Of a DNA stretch of 64,000 nucleotides, positions 1 to 14,199 are shown piece by piece (the stretch's first letter is position 1; every line of letters starts with the position of its first letter). The position numbers and the translations under genes are program-made. The DNA is taken from the NCBI RefSeq assembly GCF_009914755.1, contig NC_060925.1; one strand, 5' to 3'. Source of the DNA: the human T2T-CHM13v2.0 reference genome, Homo sapiens. The notes beneath the pieces were generated by a model. It searched no databases. It saw only the letters and a program-made list of their open reading frames with translations, and was not told where the DNA came from.

Positions 1-384
1 CTCTAGTGTTCCTAGACCTAAGCACAATGACGACACAGGAATTTGTCTCCAGCTCTCTCCTTCTCCCAAGCATTACAACCTTCTCCTTACGTCCATGTGG
101 GTCTATTTCACTTTCACTACCTTGTTTCCATCTATCTTTTCCAGGCACTCACAACCAGTCCAGAACTATTTATTACCATCTTTTCTTGATATTGCCCTGG
201 TCCCCTCTAGAACAATGAAATGTCTCTTGCATATTTCTTATCCGTATAGGTTTGCTTCCTGTACTTCACACTTTTCTATGTTCATAAAACACTGCTACTG
301 GGCTAAAGATGAGCTGCTATCATCTATATGTATTCATATTAAAGCCATTTGGGGACATGATCTTCATTCATTTCACTAAAATCA

Positions 385-740
<356 letters not shown>

Positions 741-801
741 TCCCCAAAAGTCAATCATAGACTAATTTTTAAAACTAATAATCGTAAGAACTCCATCAAG
801 T

Positions 802-835
802 CAGTGCGTTCACTCCCCAGTGCGTTCACTCCCCA
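802..835. repeat. Perfect 16-bp tandem duplication CAGTGCGTTCACTCCC x2
   Basis: Units at 802-817 and 818-833 are identical. Confidence 0.95.
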
Positions 836-1644
836 CATACCCAGCAGACATGGTAAAAATGCATGGCAAGAAACTCTCACCAGCTGATCCAACTTTGCGA
901 GTTAGTCCAGCCACCCTCACTTCTAGCCAGTCAGCCTTAGCCCAGAAGGCACTGAAATCAGAAAACCCTGAGGAAGTGAGCATGGAAGTGTGAGAGAGAG
1001 AGCTTTGTAAAGACTCTCTTGCCAGCTAAAATGAGAGGCTGTCATTTTTCAAAGACAGAGAGGGGCAAAGGTGAGAAGTCAGCCTACCAAGAAGATACCG
1101 GCAGTGTTGAACCTATGATTTCAACTTAGATATACAACTTAGTTGCCAAGAAAGCTGTGTCTGAGATATCTTGGAAAGAAATAACACCCTGGATTGATGG
1201 GCTAGACCTGAGGGAGTTTGTGGATTTAAAAGCAGTCCATCCAGCCTGTCTGCCCCAGACTTCAGTAAAAGTCTGCCTTTAACTGTGCCACTCAGACAGG
1301 AGTTAAAAGAGGCCCACGCTAGAAAAACAGTTTCAACTTGGAAGATAAAAGTTGCTGAATTCTTACTCAGCCCCTTGTCTGATCCTAACTTTGTACCCAG
1401 ATTTAATTCTTTTTATACCTTGAGTTACTTGTAAATTGCTTTGAAGACAAAATCAAGACTTGCTCATTTATTAAATTCCCCAGTGTGGCTAACGCAGAAC
1501 TTTGCACATAATGCCATTCCCATTAAATGTTTCTTAAGTCGATCTCTAAAATAAACCATGCTTAGGGATTTAAGAAACTACGGATCATGATTTTATTAGG
1601 TGTGATGGGATTGTTCTGTATTACATACATGGGAAGCCATCTAG

Positions 1645-1995
1645 GGTTGTGGGGCAAGGCATGACGTTTTGAGTCAGTCTGACCTGGGTTTAAGTTCCTG
1701 TGCAGCCATTCTCTGCCATGTGACTTTGGCAAGTTGCTTTTTCCATGTGTGTTCATCTCTGGGCTCATCCCTGAGCTGCCTATTTCTAAGCCTCAGTTTC
1801 CTCATCTGCAAAATAGGGATTCTCATAGTACCTGCTGCATGGAACAATAACAGTATCTACTTCAAAGAATCTACTTCTTAATAAGAGTAATCCCTCATAG
1901 TCCTTTGGGGGATTAAGTGGGAATCATGGTTATACAGCTCTTAGCACAGTTGCCAGCATATATCTGTGCCTCATTAAAGGGGAGCTATTAATAAT
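1645..1995 (+). mobile_element. MIR SINE
   Basis: MIR core GACCTGGGTTT...TGTGACTTTGGCAAGTT...AAGCCTCAGTTTCCTCATCTGCAAAATAGGGAT. Confidence 0.8.
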
Positions 1996-2271
1996 AATAA
2001 CAATAACATTACCATTTTTAATTACTACTTCAACTTTGTATTTATTTTGAGTGACAATTTTCACTCCCATATTGACAAATTAATAATCAATTCCAAATAA
2101 ATGTGCCAGAGCTTTCCTCGAACACTAGTGTCATTGGTCCTGTCATGTTAAGGTGGAATTGTGTTTTGATCATTTGATCAAGGTCCCTCTGATTTCTTAA
2201 CTGAAAATATTAAGATAATCCATTGAACATATGCATTATATGCAGTGTTATGGAGTTGCTTGTGGAATAAT

Positions 2272-2455
2272 ATAGCTAATATTTATTGATCATCTACCAT
2301 ATGCCTTACCTTGTGCTGAGGGCTTGATATCTAATACTCAGATAAACCAGGATTTTAGCTCTGATTTACAGATGAAGGAAGGAAAGCTCAAACAGGTTAA
2401 GTACTTTGCTCTGGTCAGAAAGTAGCAGAGGCCTGATTTTCACTCCCAACTCAAA
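2272..2455 (-). mobile_element. MIR SINE
   Basis: Antisense core TTTACAGATGAAGGAAGGAAAGCTCAAACAGGTTAAGTACTTTGCTC. Confidence 0.7.
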
Positions 2456-3034
2456 GCATGTGCCCTTGCCAGGACTCCTGACATCTAGAATATTCGCCTT
2501 CGGGATCTGTACCTGTTGCCTTGCCCAGAAGTTTCACAGTGGTGATGCACTCCACAACCCCATTTCAGCAGCTGAGGTGACACTCTGCAGCCTGTCTTCC
2601 AGGATTCCACTGTTGCATTTTAACCCTGTGCAGTTACATCAATGTATATTATTCATTTTGAAAGCTGGAAACCACATCTGATGTATTCAACATTCACAAT
2701 AAACAATAAGAACATTTGAGAGTAGATTTTCCTTGCCAGCAAACATGCACATTTATCATATTTTCACCACTTCTCTGTTCACATACCTCCTTATTCCTCC
2801 AGCACTTTCTTGCACTGTTCCTTCTGTCATTGAACACACGTTATGTTGTATGCTTATAGTACAATGGAACAAGTCCTCTTGCAAACATTTCCTATGATTC
2901 TAATTGTCCTTAACTCTTATCTGGTATTTGCTGAGTTTGGAAGACCAAAATGTGAGAAAACAATACCTTTGGTATATAGGTTTGAAAGAATATGTACAGT
3001 GAATGTTCACAATTGCCTTCAGTTCTCCCACAGG

Positions 3035-3260
3035 TAAGCATTCAAGGGGCTCCTGTTATGTGCCAAGTGCTGTGCTAGGCTGAGAGTGCTATTAGCAAGA
3101 ATGGAATTCCTTCTCTCAAGGAGATTGCAGTCATATGCGGGAGACTAGGATGCAGAACAAGTTTCATTCTAATATGGTATGTGCTGCGTAGAAGTATATG
3201 CTGTGTTTGCCACTGAGAAAAGGCCATGTGAAAGGAATTCCTGGGTGGAGGCAAAGCAGG
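3035..3260 (-). mobile_element. L2 LINE 3' fragment
   Basis: Antisense L2 3' motif TATGTGCCAAGTGCTGTGCTAGG...CCTTCTCTCAAGGAG. Confidence 0.6.
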
Positions 3261-3779
3261 TCATAAATGATTGGGTTAAGTAGATGATATGTCAGCTAAG
3301 TACAAGAAGTTCGGTGTTACAAGACCAGTGGATCTCAAACTGTGGTCCCTGGAGCTGTAGCTCAACATCTACTATGTTCCAGGAAGTATCTGAGCTCTGG
3401 GGACACAGAAGGGAACAAAATAGAGTTGGTAGAAATGGACTGCCTGAAGCTTACTCTCTGCTGCTGATATGTTATGTAATCTTAGGTAAGTTACTTCACT
3501 CTTTGGACAGAATTTCTTGATCTTCAAGAGAGGGAAATTGAAGAAGACAATCACTAACATTCTTTTGTTGGCTTTAACGCCTTAAGATTCTATATAATAA
3601 AGATTTCCAAAAAGGTTAATTTTTTTTTCATGGAATGTTACTGACTACACTGTGAGCCATACACCATCCTGGGCTCTGGAGTTCACTGAGAACAAAAGTG
3701 CACAGTCACTACTCCTGTGGAATTCACCAGCTGCATAGAAAACAATTTTAAACAAAATGTATAGCTATATATTACTAAT

Positions 3780-6510
3780 TGTATTAGTCTATTTTCATAT
3801 TGCTATAAAGAACTACCTGAGACGGGGTAATTTATTAAGAAAAGGGGTTTAACTGACTCACAGTTCTGCAGGTTGTACAGGAAACATGGCTGGGGTGGCC
3901 TCAGGAAACGTACAATCATGGTGGAAGGTGAAGGGGAAACAGGCATGTCTTACATTGCCAGAGAAGGAGGAAGAGGGAGAGAAGGGAGGTGGTACACACT
4001 TTTAAACAACCAGATCTTGTGAGAAATCACTCACTAGCACTAGAACAGCAAGGGGGATGTCCGCCCCCATGATCCAATTACCTTCCACCAGGCCCTTCCT
4101 CCAACATTGCGGAATACAGTTCTACATGAGATTTGGGTGAGGACACAAATCCAAACCATATCATTCTGTCCCGGCCCCTTCCAAATCTCATGTCCTCCTC
4201 ACATTCTCACATTGCAAAGTACAATCATCAATTCTCAACAGTCCCCCAGTCTTAACTCATTTCAGCATTAACTCTTAAGCCCACAGTCCAAAGTCTTATC
4301 TGAGACAAGGCAAGTCCCTTCTGCCTATGAGGCTGTGAAGTGAAAAACAAGTTAAACAAGTTAGTGGCTGGGTGCAGTGGCTCACGCCTGTAATCCCAGC
4401 AGTTTGGGAGGCTGAGGTGGGTGGATCATGAGGTCAGGAGTTCAAGATCAGCCTGGCCAAGGTGATGAAACCCTGTCTCCACTAAAAATACAAAAACTTA
4501 GCTGGGCGTGGTGGTGGGCACCTGTAATCCCAGCTACTTGGGAGGCTGAGGCAGAGAATTGCTTGAACCCAGGAGGCAGAGGTTGCAGTGAGCCGAGATC
4601 GTGCCACTGCACTCCAGCCTGGGTGAGAGAGCAAAACTCCATCTCAAAACAAAAAACAAACAAACAAAACCCCACAAATTAGTTATTTCCAAAATACAAT
4701 GTAAGTACAGGCATTGGGTAAATACACCCATTACAAAAGGGAGAAATCAGTCGAAACAAAGGGGCCATAGGCTCCGTGCAAGTTCAAAAACCAACAGGGC
4801 AGTCATTAAATCTTAAAGCTCCAAAATAATCTCCCTTAACTCCATGTCTCTCATCCGGGATACACTGAGGCAAAGAGTAAGCTCCTAAGGCCTTGGGCAT
4901 CTCCGTCCCTGTGGCTCTGCAGGGTATAGCCCACTCAGCTGCTTTCATGAGCTGGTACTGAGTGCCTGTGGCTTTTCCAGGTGCACGGTGCAAGCTGTCA
5001 GTGGATCTACCATTCTAGGGTCTGGAGGACAGTAGCCCTCTCCTCTCAGATCTAGTAGGGTAGGCAATGACCCAGTGGAAATTCTGTGTGTGGGCTCCAA
5101 CCTCACATTTTCCCTCTATACTCTCCTAGTACAGGTTCTTTATGAGGGCTCTTCCCCTGCAGCAGACTTCTTCCTGGACATCTAGGCATTTCCATACATC
5201 CTCTGAAATCTAGGCAGAGGCTACCAAACTTCAACTCTTGCCCTCTGCACACCCACAGGCTTAACACCACATGGAAGCCACCAAAGCTTATGGTTTACAC
5301 CCTCTGAAGCAGCGGCCTGAGACATATCTGGGGCTCATTAGCCACGGCTGGAGCTGGAGCAACTGGGACACAGGGAGCAGTGCTCTGAGGTTGTGCAGGG
5401 CAGCAGGGCCCTGGGCCTGGCCCACAAAAACCATTCTTCCCTCCTAGGCCTCCAGGCCTGTGATGGGAGGTGCTGCCGCAAAGGTATATGCAATGGCTTT
5501 GAGGCCTTTTCCCCATTGTCTTGGCTGTTAGCACATAGCTCCTGCTTGAATTCTGAAGCCTGCTTGAATTCTCCCTGCTGGAAATGGGTTTTTCTTTTCT
5601 GCCATGTGACTAGGCTGCAAGTTTTCCAAACTTTTATGCTCTGCTTCCTTTTTAAATATAAGTTCCAGTTTCACATCATCTCTTTGCTCATGCATATAAG
5701 CATACATTGTTAGAAGTAGCCAGGATACAGCCTGAACACTTTGCTGCTTAGAAATTTATTATGTCAGGTACCCTAAATCATCTCTCTCAAGTTCATAGTT
5801 CCACAGATCTCTAGGGCAGTTGCAAAATGCCACCAGTCTCTTTGCTAAAGCATAGCAAGAATGACCTTTACTTCAGTTCCCAATAAGTTCCTCATCTCCA
5901 TCTGAGACCACCTCAGCCTGGACTTCATTGTCCATATCACTATCAGCATTTCGGTCAAAGCCATTCAACAAGTCTTTAGGAAGTTCCAAACTTTCCCTCA
6001 TCCTCCTGTCTTCTTCTGAGCCCTTTACACTCTTCCAAACTCTGACCACTACCCAGTTCCAAAGTTGCCTCCACACTGTCAGGTATCTTAAATGCAATAC
6101 TCTACTCCTGGTGCCAATTTTCTATATTAGTCCATTCTCACATTGCTATAAAGAACTACCTGAGACTGGATAACTTATTAAGAAAAGAGCTTTAATTGAC
6201 TCACAGTTCTGCAGGCTGTACAGGGAACATGGCTGGCAGAGGTGGGCTCAGGAAACTTATAATCATGGTGGAAGTTGAAGGGGAAGCAGGCACGCCTTAC
6301 ATGGCTGGAGAAGGAGGAAGAGAGAGAGAGGAGGGAGGTGGCACACACATTTAAACAACCAGATCTTGTGAGAACTCACTCACTGCATGAGAACAGCAAG
6401 GGGTAAATCTGCCTCCATGATTCAACCATGTCCCTCAGGCCCCTCCTCCAACATTAGAGATTACAATTTGACATGAGATTTGGAGGGGGACAGAAATCCA
6501 AACCATATCA
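3780..6510 (-). mobile_element. Complete ERVL-MaLR provirus (MSTA-like): 3' LTR 3780-4163, internal region 4164-6122, 5' LTR 6123-6510
   Basis: Two homologous ~385-bp LTRs T(G/A)TATTAGTC...CCAAACCATATCA flank a THE1/MST-type internal region; perfect 5-bp TSD CTAAT at 3775-3779 and 6511-6515; minus-strand ORF 5873-6097 (ESLELPKDLLNGFD..ADSDMDNEVQAEVVSDGDEELIGN) is the typical MaLR-internal peptide remnant. Confidence 0.93.
4366..4670 (+). mobile_element. AluS (AluSg-like) nested in the MaLR internal region
   Basis: Full Alu dimer with GGATCATGAGGTC 2-bp deletion; (CAAA)n tail; TSD ACAAGTTAGT / ACAAATTAGT. Confidence 0.93.
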
Positions 6511-8244
6511 CTAATGGTAATTGATTTGAAGTAAAAACTGCTGGAAATCACTTAGTTTTCTTAAGTAGTTTGAACTTGTCGGTGGATTTATGTATTTGGG
6601 TTAAAAAAAACAATGTGCTTTTTCAATCAATCAATCACATTCTGAATGACGTTTGTCTGAGTACCAGCAAGGGCCACACACAGGAAGAATAGGAGGTGTT
6701 GCTGAGTCATTGAACACTGTCAAACAGCTCCTTGGTCTCTCTTCGACGCTGTCTGAGAGCTCAAGACAACTGGATGATTATGAAGAAGCCACAAAGAAAA
6801 AGAGAACACTCATGGCCAGGCTGGTGAGGAAAAATAAGCACAATCCTGCAGCAGCGTCAGATCTGATCTGGACCGGGGCACCAAGAGATGTCTGTGAACT
6901 GACACAAAGTGTTTGCTACTCAGGCTGCAAGCAGACAGCAGTGAGAGGATCAGGGCTCCACAGAGCAGCAGATGACCGTCCTCAAAGTATTTCATCCTGG
7001 CCAATGGACTTTGGCAATGAAGAGCTCACAGGGAGAGCTGGGTTTCACTGTGAACAATGTTTAAACCCAGGCTTAAAGAAGCAAAATATTTTGTCCTCTG
7101 TCCTGTGGCATTTTGATGAGACTACTACTGGGTGAAAGAGGGAAGAGAGGAAAGTGCATCTGAGAGTTCAGCTCCTGTATATTTATGGCTGAGAATTCCC
7201 AAAGTTATGTCACTAATTGGGTTTGGAAAAGAGAATCATGCCAGCCAGGCTTTATGCTGTGAATTTTCCTTAAAAGTTCTCTAGAAAGCTTGCCAAATTC
7301 TTTTCATCATGACCCTAAAACTATTCACATATGCGCTCTAGTTAAAAATCCACATTTAAAAGACAGCCTGTTTATATGATCCATTTAAGGTCAACTAGCA
7401 AGTGAGTAGAAGAGCCAGGAATAGAACCCAGATATTCCAATTCTTTTTAACTGTTACAGTGGGCAAGCCTATGTTTCTTGTTTTATTTTTGCATTTTCAG
7501 GACCTACAAATTAGCATATAGCAAAATTCTATCTTGGGGGAAAATGTAATTGGTCAATTCATAAAACGGAGAATTCACAGCAGAAAAACAATAAGTTTCT
7601 ATGGGATGAGAACAAGAAGGAAAGCTCCTGAATTTCATCTTAAGTCCATATTCCCAGGCAGACAGTAACATTCACTCTTTCAGGCCTGGCTCAGTGCCAA
7701 GCTCCACAAGTACTAGATGTCTCTCTGAGTGTTTTCAGGACAAAGAACTTGGAAATGAAACAGGCTGAGGGTATCTTGTTCTTAGAGTAAGGAAGAGAGA
7801 ACCAAGAAGGATGATGCATTGTAGATAGCTCTTTGTCTTCAGGGAACCTTCAACTCCTCCCAAACCAGGTATAGCTATGCTTTTCCAAAGGCTCTTAATG
7901 TAGGAGCTCTGTGACCAAAAGCCTTTGACACATTGTTCTACTGGGCAGTGAGAGTGACATCAGGTGGATGCAGGAGTGAATGAAACAGCCAAGTTACTTT
8001 GGTGCTGTGGTGGAAGATTATCATTTTGTGAAACTTTCTTCGGGTTTAAAGAGTTGTATTTAGGGTTTGGGTGTTTGGTTCTGTTCCCGGCCCCTGTTCT
8101 CTCATCTACATACCTAACGATCTATTTGCACAGGAATTTTAGTTATCTTTGCATAGGGTGGGCCATATTCTAAACTTGGATATTCTGGTGTCTTTGTGGA
8201 AACTGGGAAAGGGGATATGTTTAAGGGATTCATAGCATGTAAAG

Positions 8245-8500
8245 TTGAGTTTGACGAATATTTCTGGAGCACCTACTATGTGCCAGGTTATGTATTGAGG
8301 ATTTAAAGATAGTTCTTACACTCTAGAAGTTCACTGTCTAATTTAGTGAGAAAGAGAACAAATGCAGCTGGGCACAGAGAAGAGGGATCTGAACTTATCC
8401 CACACCTGAGTTGAGTCTTGTTGGAATAACAGCATAACAAAAGCGTGGAAATGAATAACAGCATCAAAGGTGCAGATAAAGATTCCAGGACCATGGGAAC
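8245..8500 (-). mobile_element. L2 LINE 3' fragment
   Basis: GAGCACCTACTATGTGCCAGG antisense L2 end followed by L2-like body. Confidence 0.65.
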
Positions 8501-8784
8501 AGCAGACTGAGATTTAGTTGGGTTGCTGCATTGGTCTAAGTTTTCTCTTCTGCAAGATAACAGGGTAGATTCCAATCTTGACTTTCTCTGAGCACATTTC
8601 CTGTGAAGAGAGTAAATTTGGAGGGAAATTTACCTGAGAGGATCACTCAGATCTAAATGCCTCCAATGACGTTTGATTATTTTGTTTTTTAAGAGCGATG
8701 TCATAGCTTCATTTAAAGATCCCACTATTACAATATACCAAAGAATTTAGACCTTTGAATCTATTCAAACTCGTAATGAAAGAC

Positions 8785-8945
8785 TTTTTTAAATGGTGGT
8801 AAAATATATACTTCAGCATTTTTAAAAGTTGTGGCAAAATATGCCTTTTAGCCATTTTTAATTGTACAGTTAGTGGCATTAAGTACATTTACATCGTGCA
8901 ACCATCACCACCATTCATCTCCCCCAAGCCCCTGGTAACCTGCCC
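8785..8945 (-). mobile_element. L1M (L1MB-like) 3' UTR fragment
   Basis: TTGTACAGTTAGTGGCATTAAGTACATTTACATCGTGCAACCATCACCACC...CCCCAAGCCCCTGGTAACC. Confidence 0.75.
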
Positions 8946-10354
8946 TTGCTTTTCATCATTAAACTGTTTTGCCTTTCTGTAAGAAGTCCCAGGCTGCTTT
9001 GCCACAGCATGACATAGATAGAATTCTACAAGAGAGTAGAGCAATCAAAAGGAGGCGCTCCTGACAGAGGACGGCGTTCAGGTTTTTGGTTCTAGCCACA
9101 CTGCTCATCAACTGTGAATTTGGAGGCCTCATCTCGAGTTTCTGCTCCCAACCTAGGGCATAGAACCCACCAGGGAGGCTGGAGCTCCCCCTAGAGTTTC
9201 GTGTCTCCATTGCAACAATTTGGGCCCAAAATAACAAATACCAAGCAAAAAGCTTGAAGGGGTGGTGGAGACAGAGGGAAAAGGAGGGACACAATTTGAG
9301 AGCCACTGGGGAGCTGCTAAGTACAAGCTGTCCATGCCTTTGAAATAGCACTTCCTCCCTTCCTCTCCCCTCATACACTGGATTGCGTTTCATAATCCTG
9401 CCAACACTTAAATCCCTTTTGCTTCCTAGACTGTCCAGTGTAATTGATAATGCTGATGCTTTAGTAAGCAAGGCTGTTCTTCAAGTCAGTTTGGAACTAA
9501 TGTTTCAGCAAGGGGCCACTGTGTTCCCAGGGATGGAAGAAATCAAATGAAATATAACACTCAGGCCCTGACCACCTCTGGTCCCAAAGGCTTGCTTGGA
9601 ACTTCTCACAGGATAGAAGCCTTCCTGTTTCTGCATTAATCTTTGTTTGCTGGCCAAGTTCCAACTCAGGTAATTACATTCTCCCTTACCCAAATCCTCC
9701 CTTGGCAGATTTAGTCCTTTCGTATGTCTTCTTGTGGTCTTTAGTTTTTGTGGCATATTGCTCTTGACACAGCATTTTTCTGAAGAGATTCTACCTTTCA
9801 ATGAGAAGGCAGAGATGGGTGGGCCCACTGGCATTGCATTTTATCTGCAAAAGAATTATACAACGAAGTAAAGGTGGGAAAGCAGCAATGACCAGAGAGC
9901 CCTAAAGAATGAAAGAGCACATGAGATCCCCCGATCCCTTCTCCTCCCTTAGGTAGGTGCATCATTAAACTACTGATGTTATTTATTTACTTCTTGTTAT
10001 AAAGGCTGCATAACCCTCTAGAGTTAGATAGCCAGTTTCATCACTCTTCTGGCACAAAACTTATTTTCAAATGAAACCCTTACTGCTTGGGTGTTGCTAA
10101 ACCATCCTATGTTTCTTGTGTTGGTTTGGCAGATGGTTTATTGTTCAGTTCCCCAGGGTTAATATCTAGGTTTAGTTTGGGGATAAAGTGATTATGCAGA
10201 TTTTTAGGTTGTTATTTGGATTCAAAAATCACTAAAATATGCCAGAAATTTCTTAGTAATTATATTGTAAGTACTACCTTCCCCTGAAGATGTGATTAAG
10301 TACATGAAGTACTTCAACTCATGAGGGATTTATCGAATACCCGTGTCACCTTCC

Positions 10355-10480
10355 ACCTAGATGACCTTGGAGAAGTTAACTAACAATTTTGTGCTTCAAT
10401 TTTCTCGGTTTGCATATTGATTAAGTATAATTACTTCATAAGATTATTGTGATGATTAAATGAGAGTGCACAGAAATCCA
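10355..10480 (+). mobile_element. MIR fragment
   Basis: TGACCTTGGAGAAGTTAACTAAC...ATTATTGTGATGATTAAATGAG. Confidence 0.6.
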
Positions 10481-10639
10481 TTATTAGTATTATATTAAGC
10501 AGATATTTTGGAATAGATCTAGAAAATAATGAAATAATCAAGAAATCTTTTCAAGAAGATAAGGATACCAAGATGACTAAGCAATGGTTCCTGTCCTCAA
10601 TATGCTTATGGTATAATGAAAGTGCCATAAATTCTTCAT

Positions 10640-11570
10640 TGCTGTAATCCCAAAACCTAAATTTATGTCTAGCATTCCCAGTGAGTGGCCAATAAATACG
10701 TATTGATAGAATAAATATACGAAGGATGTAAACATAAATATACAGAAGAGAAATTTCCAATGAGGGACGTTGAGGATGGCTTCATAGAGAAGTTTGCACT
10801 TGATCTGAATCTTGAAAAATGGGTATGATTTCGATAGACAGTGAAGGAAGTTAAAGGTATTCAAGTAACTTACTGGAACTGTGTTTCCTAATCTTCTCTG
10901 GGTCATAGCACATAAAGAGAATGATAATATTTATATAGGACACTGACCAAAGGCAGTTGGCCACAGGTTCCCACCAAAGCTGAACAAACTTTGTTGCTCT
11001 GAAGGCTGAAGGAATAAGTATTTTGGGCATATACATAATTAATTTGCATCTTACAATTTGGGAACCTCTATATTGGAAGATAATTCCCAAGAAAACAAGG
11101 ATCTTGCATATCTTGGTCAACTTTGTATCCCCTATGCTTAAGATAGTCCCTGGTATGTGTTAGTTGAATGAGAGCAGAGAGGAAAGCATGAGCAAACACT
11201 TAGAGTTGGCCTGTAAAAGGCATGGGTGGGGCCATGGAAGTACAGGATGCACAAGAAAATGTAGAGTCTGGAAAGACAGGCTGGAGGCAGATCTAGGAAG
11301 CTTTTGAATGCTGTGCCTGATTGGCCTTGATTCAGTAAGGCATGGGTTCCATCAAAGACTTTGGTACAGGGTGCTTTTAATGGGGAAGATTATTTTGGGG
11401 GATGATACAATGGAGAGAAAAAAACACTGGAAGAAAAAAGTCAAGAAGGTAGATATTTCATTGTCTGGATGGCAGACAATGAGGGCCTAATGTAGAGCAG
11501 AGGGAATGTGAAAAAAGATGAATTTGACACCTGAGCTCAGAAATATCTAGTAGAACATCACTGGATTGAA
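10640..11570 (-). mobile_element. Fragmented L2 LINE (plus a short sense L2 3' end at ~11100-11172)
   Basis: L2-like antisense blocks such as GGCTTCATAGAGAAG..TTGATCTGAATCTTGAAAAATGGGTATGATTT; boundaries approximate. Confidence 0.5.
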
Positions 11571-13559
11571 TGGGAAAAGGCAAGGCAAGAGTCATATTGC
11601 CACTAATTGGCTATTTTATCTTGGGAAATAGACTTAACCTCTCTCTGCTTGTCTTCTCATCTACAGAAAGAGAGACCTTCAGTCCTACTGATTTCTAGTA
11701 TTTTAGAATTCTGTAAAACTTATCAAACTCCTAATAAACTAACAAGGCCTCCCTTCCTCTCCTCCGTTTCTCCTCCACCTCAGTTTGTGGCAACATTTCA
11801 TCTTCTTCGTTTGGACTCTCTTCGTTCTTTAAAAAAATTCAGGTTAACGCATCATTCAGTATAGCATATAAGCCTTTAGGATGCAAGATGGAGTAGTCTT
11901 GCCCTACTGCATCTGAAGACTATTCAACTGGGAACTACCTCACTCTATATTCTCTTAATCACTTGGTCTGCTAGGGAAAAAGCTGACGTAGGCCCTTTTC
12001 TTATGAGTAAGAAGAATATCTTATTCCTCATTGTCAGTCCAAGGCTGGTACATGATAATGGCTGAAAAATATGAGGGATGAATGAATGAATTAGTCAATG
12101 AGGTGGTGAGGGGGAGACATACCATGGCTTACATCTTACTAGCCCCTGGAAAGTTAGGGTCAGATGCATTCCAGACTGGAGACTGGTAATGCCATCTTTT
12201 GTTTTTATCTTCCTTCAAGAGCTCTCAAGAACCTAAATGATTTTCTTAACCTTTGTTCTCCTATATCTGTTGCTGTCATTTGCCACTCAACCCTTCCCAC
12301 TCACAAGTGGTTACCTCCCTGTGCTCACTTGAAATCCAGAGAATGGATTGCGCCATCCTTTTCTCTTAGGACTAGAGTACCTACAGTTATGTCCACTGAA
12401 ATTCCATCAGCAGGACCAACTCAAATTATCTAGGTCCTAGAATGAGTTAACAAGCACCAACATATTCGCTAAGCTTAAAAGAATACTCCATTATTGTGTA
12501 GCAATTGGTAAAGAACTTATTAATTAAGGATATAAAATAGACAGAAATCTCCCAGGAGCCAAAAAGCCATTAGAAAGACATTGTGGAACCAATCTAGCAG
12601 TTAATGGAATACTCAGAGGTCCTTAAAAAATAAAAAAAAGAAGGGGTCACTTTTTAAAAGAACAGGTATCATCGAATTAGTGATATTAAAGAATGAAGGA
12701 AAACTTGCCAAAAGACAGGTAAATTCTAAAGACAAAACAAAAAACTTCATAAGCATTTATTTTAATAAATCCAACCTTCTATTGCTACATCTCTAGATCC
12801 TAAACGCGTACCCACACCACCACAAAACATCAAAGTAAATTGAGATGGAAATAGAAATCAAACTAGTGTTGCAAATGAGAATTAATAGTACATTTGCTTT
12901 TGTTCTGAGACAGGGGCATCAGAAGCAAAATAAACAACTCATTTCAAATGCCTGTGAGTTGTTTAAGAAATAGCTATCAAATTAACAAAAAATGCCAGAC
13001 ACTCTGTCCATTTCCCTCCTTAAAGTGTAAGCTTTCCCCCCTACAGATTAGCTCATCATAGTAGAACAGCATTGTGTTTTTGAGACGGATTTGGTGAGAT
13101 AAGCCAGCATGAGGATTATCCAGGAACTGGTTCCTCTGGGGTAGCGATGGAGATCTTACATACCTGCTCTATTAAAATATTTATCTGCAGAATGACTTGA
13201 TAGCTCCAGCCCTGTGATCAGACACTCATAGGGTCCCCCTGAAGCAATCTGCTTTACCACACAGTATCACAGAGCATGTGATCACAGGACCCTAATAACT
13301 CCATGTGTTGGAACCCACTGAGCCTTTCATCACTAAAACTAGGCAAAATCAGACCACAGAACTATCTCCACGGGAGGAGCAGCATATATGTTAAGAGCAT
13401 GGGGATGAGAAAAATCAAAGACATTAGCTTCTTTAGCTCTTTGGAATTCAAATCTAACCTGGTCCAGTCCTCTGTATGCAAATGGTACATTCATAAGTCA
13501 AACTTGAGAATTGTTTATTCCACATTTTGGGGAAAGAGGGAGATGCACTTAATCAACAT

Positions 13560-13830
13560 ACGATGGCTAAGTATAAAGAGCACTGGGTGTGGAATTCAAA
13601 GACCTGGTTCTGAGTAATATCAGCAGCTCCATATCTCTATTATCGTCAAATATTACACTTTCTGAGCCTCCTCTTTGTTCATCTGTGAAAGGAAGTAAAT
13701 TTATATTTGTTCTGCCTGCCTCACAGAGTAAATATACAGATCTAAAAGATCTATAAGATGAAGAATGCCAAAGCACTATACATTCTGTGAAGGTGTTGAA
13801 GATGATGAGGATGAAGATGATGATAAGAAT
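13560..13830 (+). mobile_element. MIR with (GAT)n-like tail
   Basis: AAGAGCACTGGGTGTGGAATTCAAAGACCTGGTTCTGAGT...TCTGAGCCTC..TCATCTGTGAAA. Confidence 0.7.
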
Positions 13831-14199
13831 TATTAGCTCAAGGCAATTACTTTAGTATGTCTTCAAGAAAAATGACTAAGCTTTGTGATAAAAGGTGGTC
13901 GAAATGGAAAAATAGTTCTTTCAGAAAGAAGTTTCATGAGAATGTAAACGTTTATCATTATAGAAATGATCCAATAGTGCTATTAAAAACTCATAAACAG
14001 AATATATTTATTTGCTTTTGATTTTCAAACAAAATCCAAGCCACAATAATACAGGCTTGTAATGCAATTAAGGATGTATTACCAACAAATAGCTGTTCAC
14101 TGCAATGTCAAAATTTCATAGGCATATCCCAACACTTCAGCTTATTCTTTTTCTATACCTGCTTCATCTGCACAGGGGTCTCTGTCACTATTGCCTGGA

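Noticed and set aside
6653-7135. 160-aa ORF in mostly unique sequence
   Set aside because: Non-ATG (TTG) start, no recognisable domain or homologue, no clear exon boundaries; length attainable by chance.
8959-9471. 170-aa minus-strand ORF
   Set aside because: Non-ATG start, no recognisable protein motifs or splice context.
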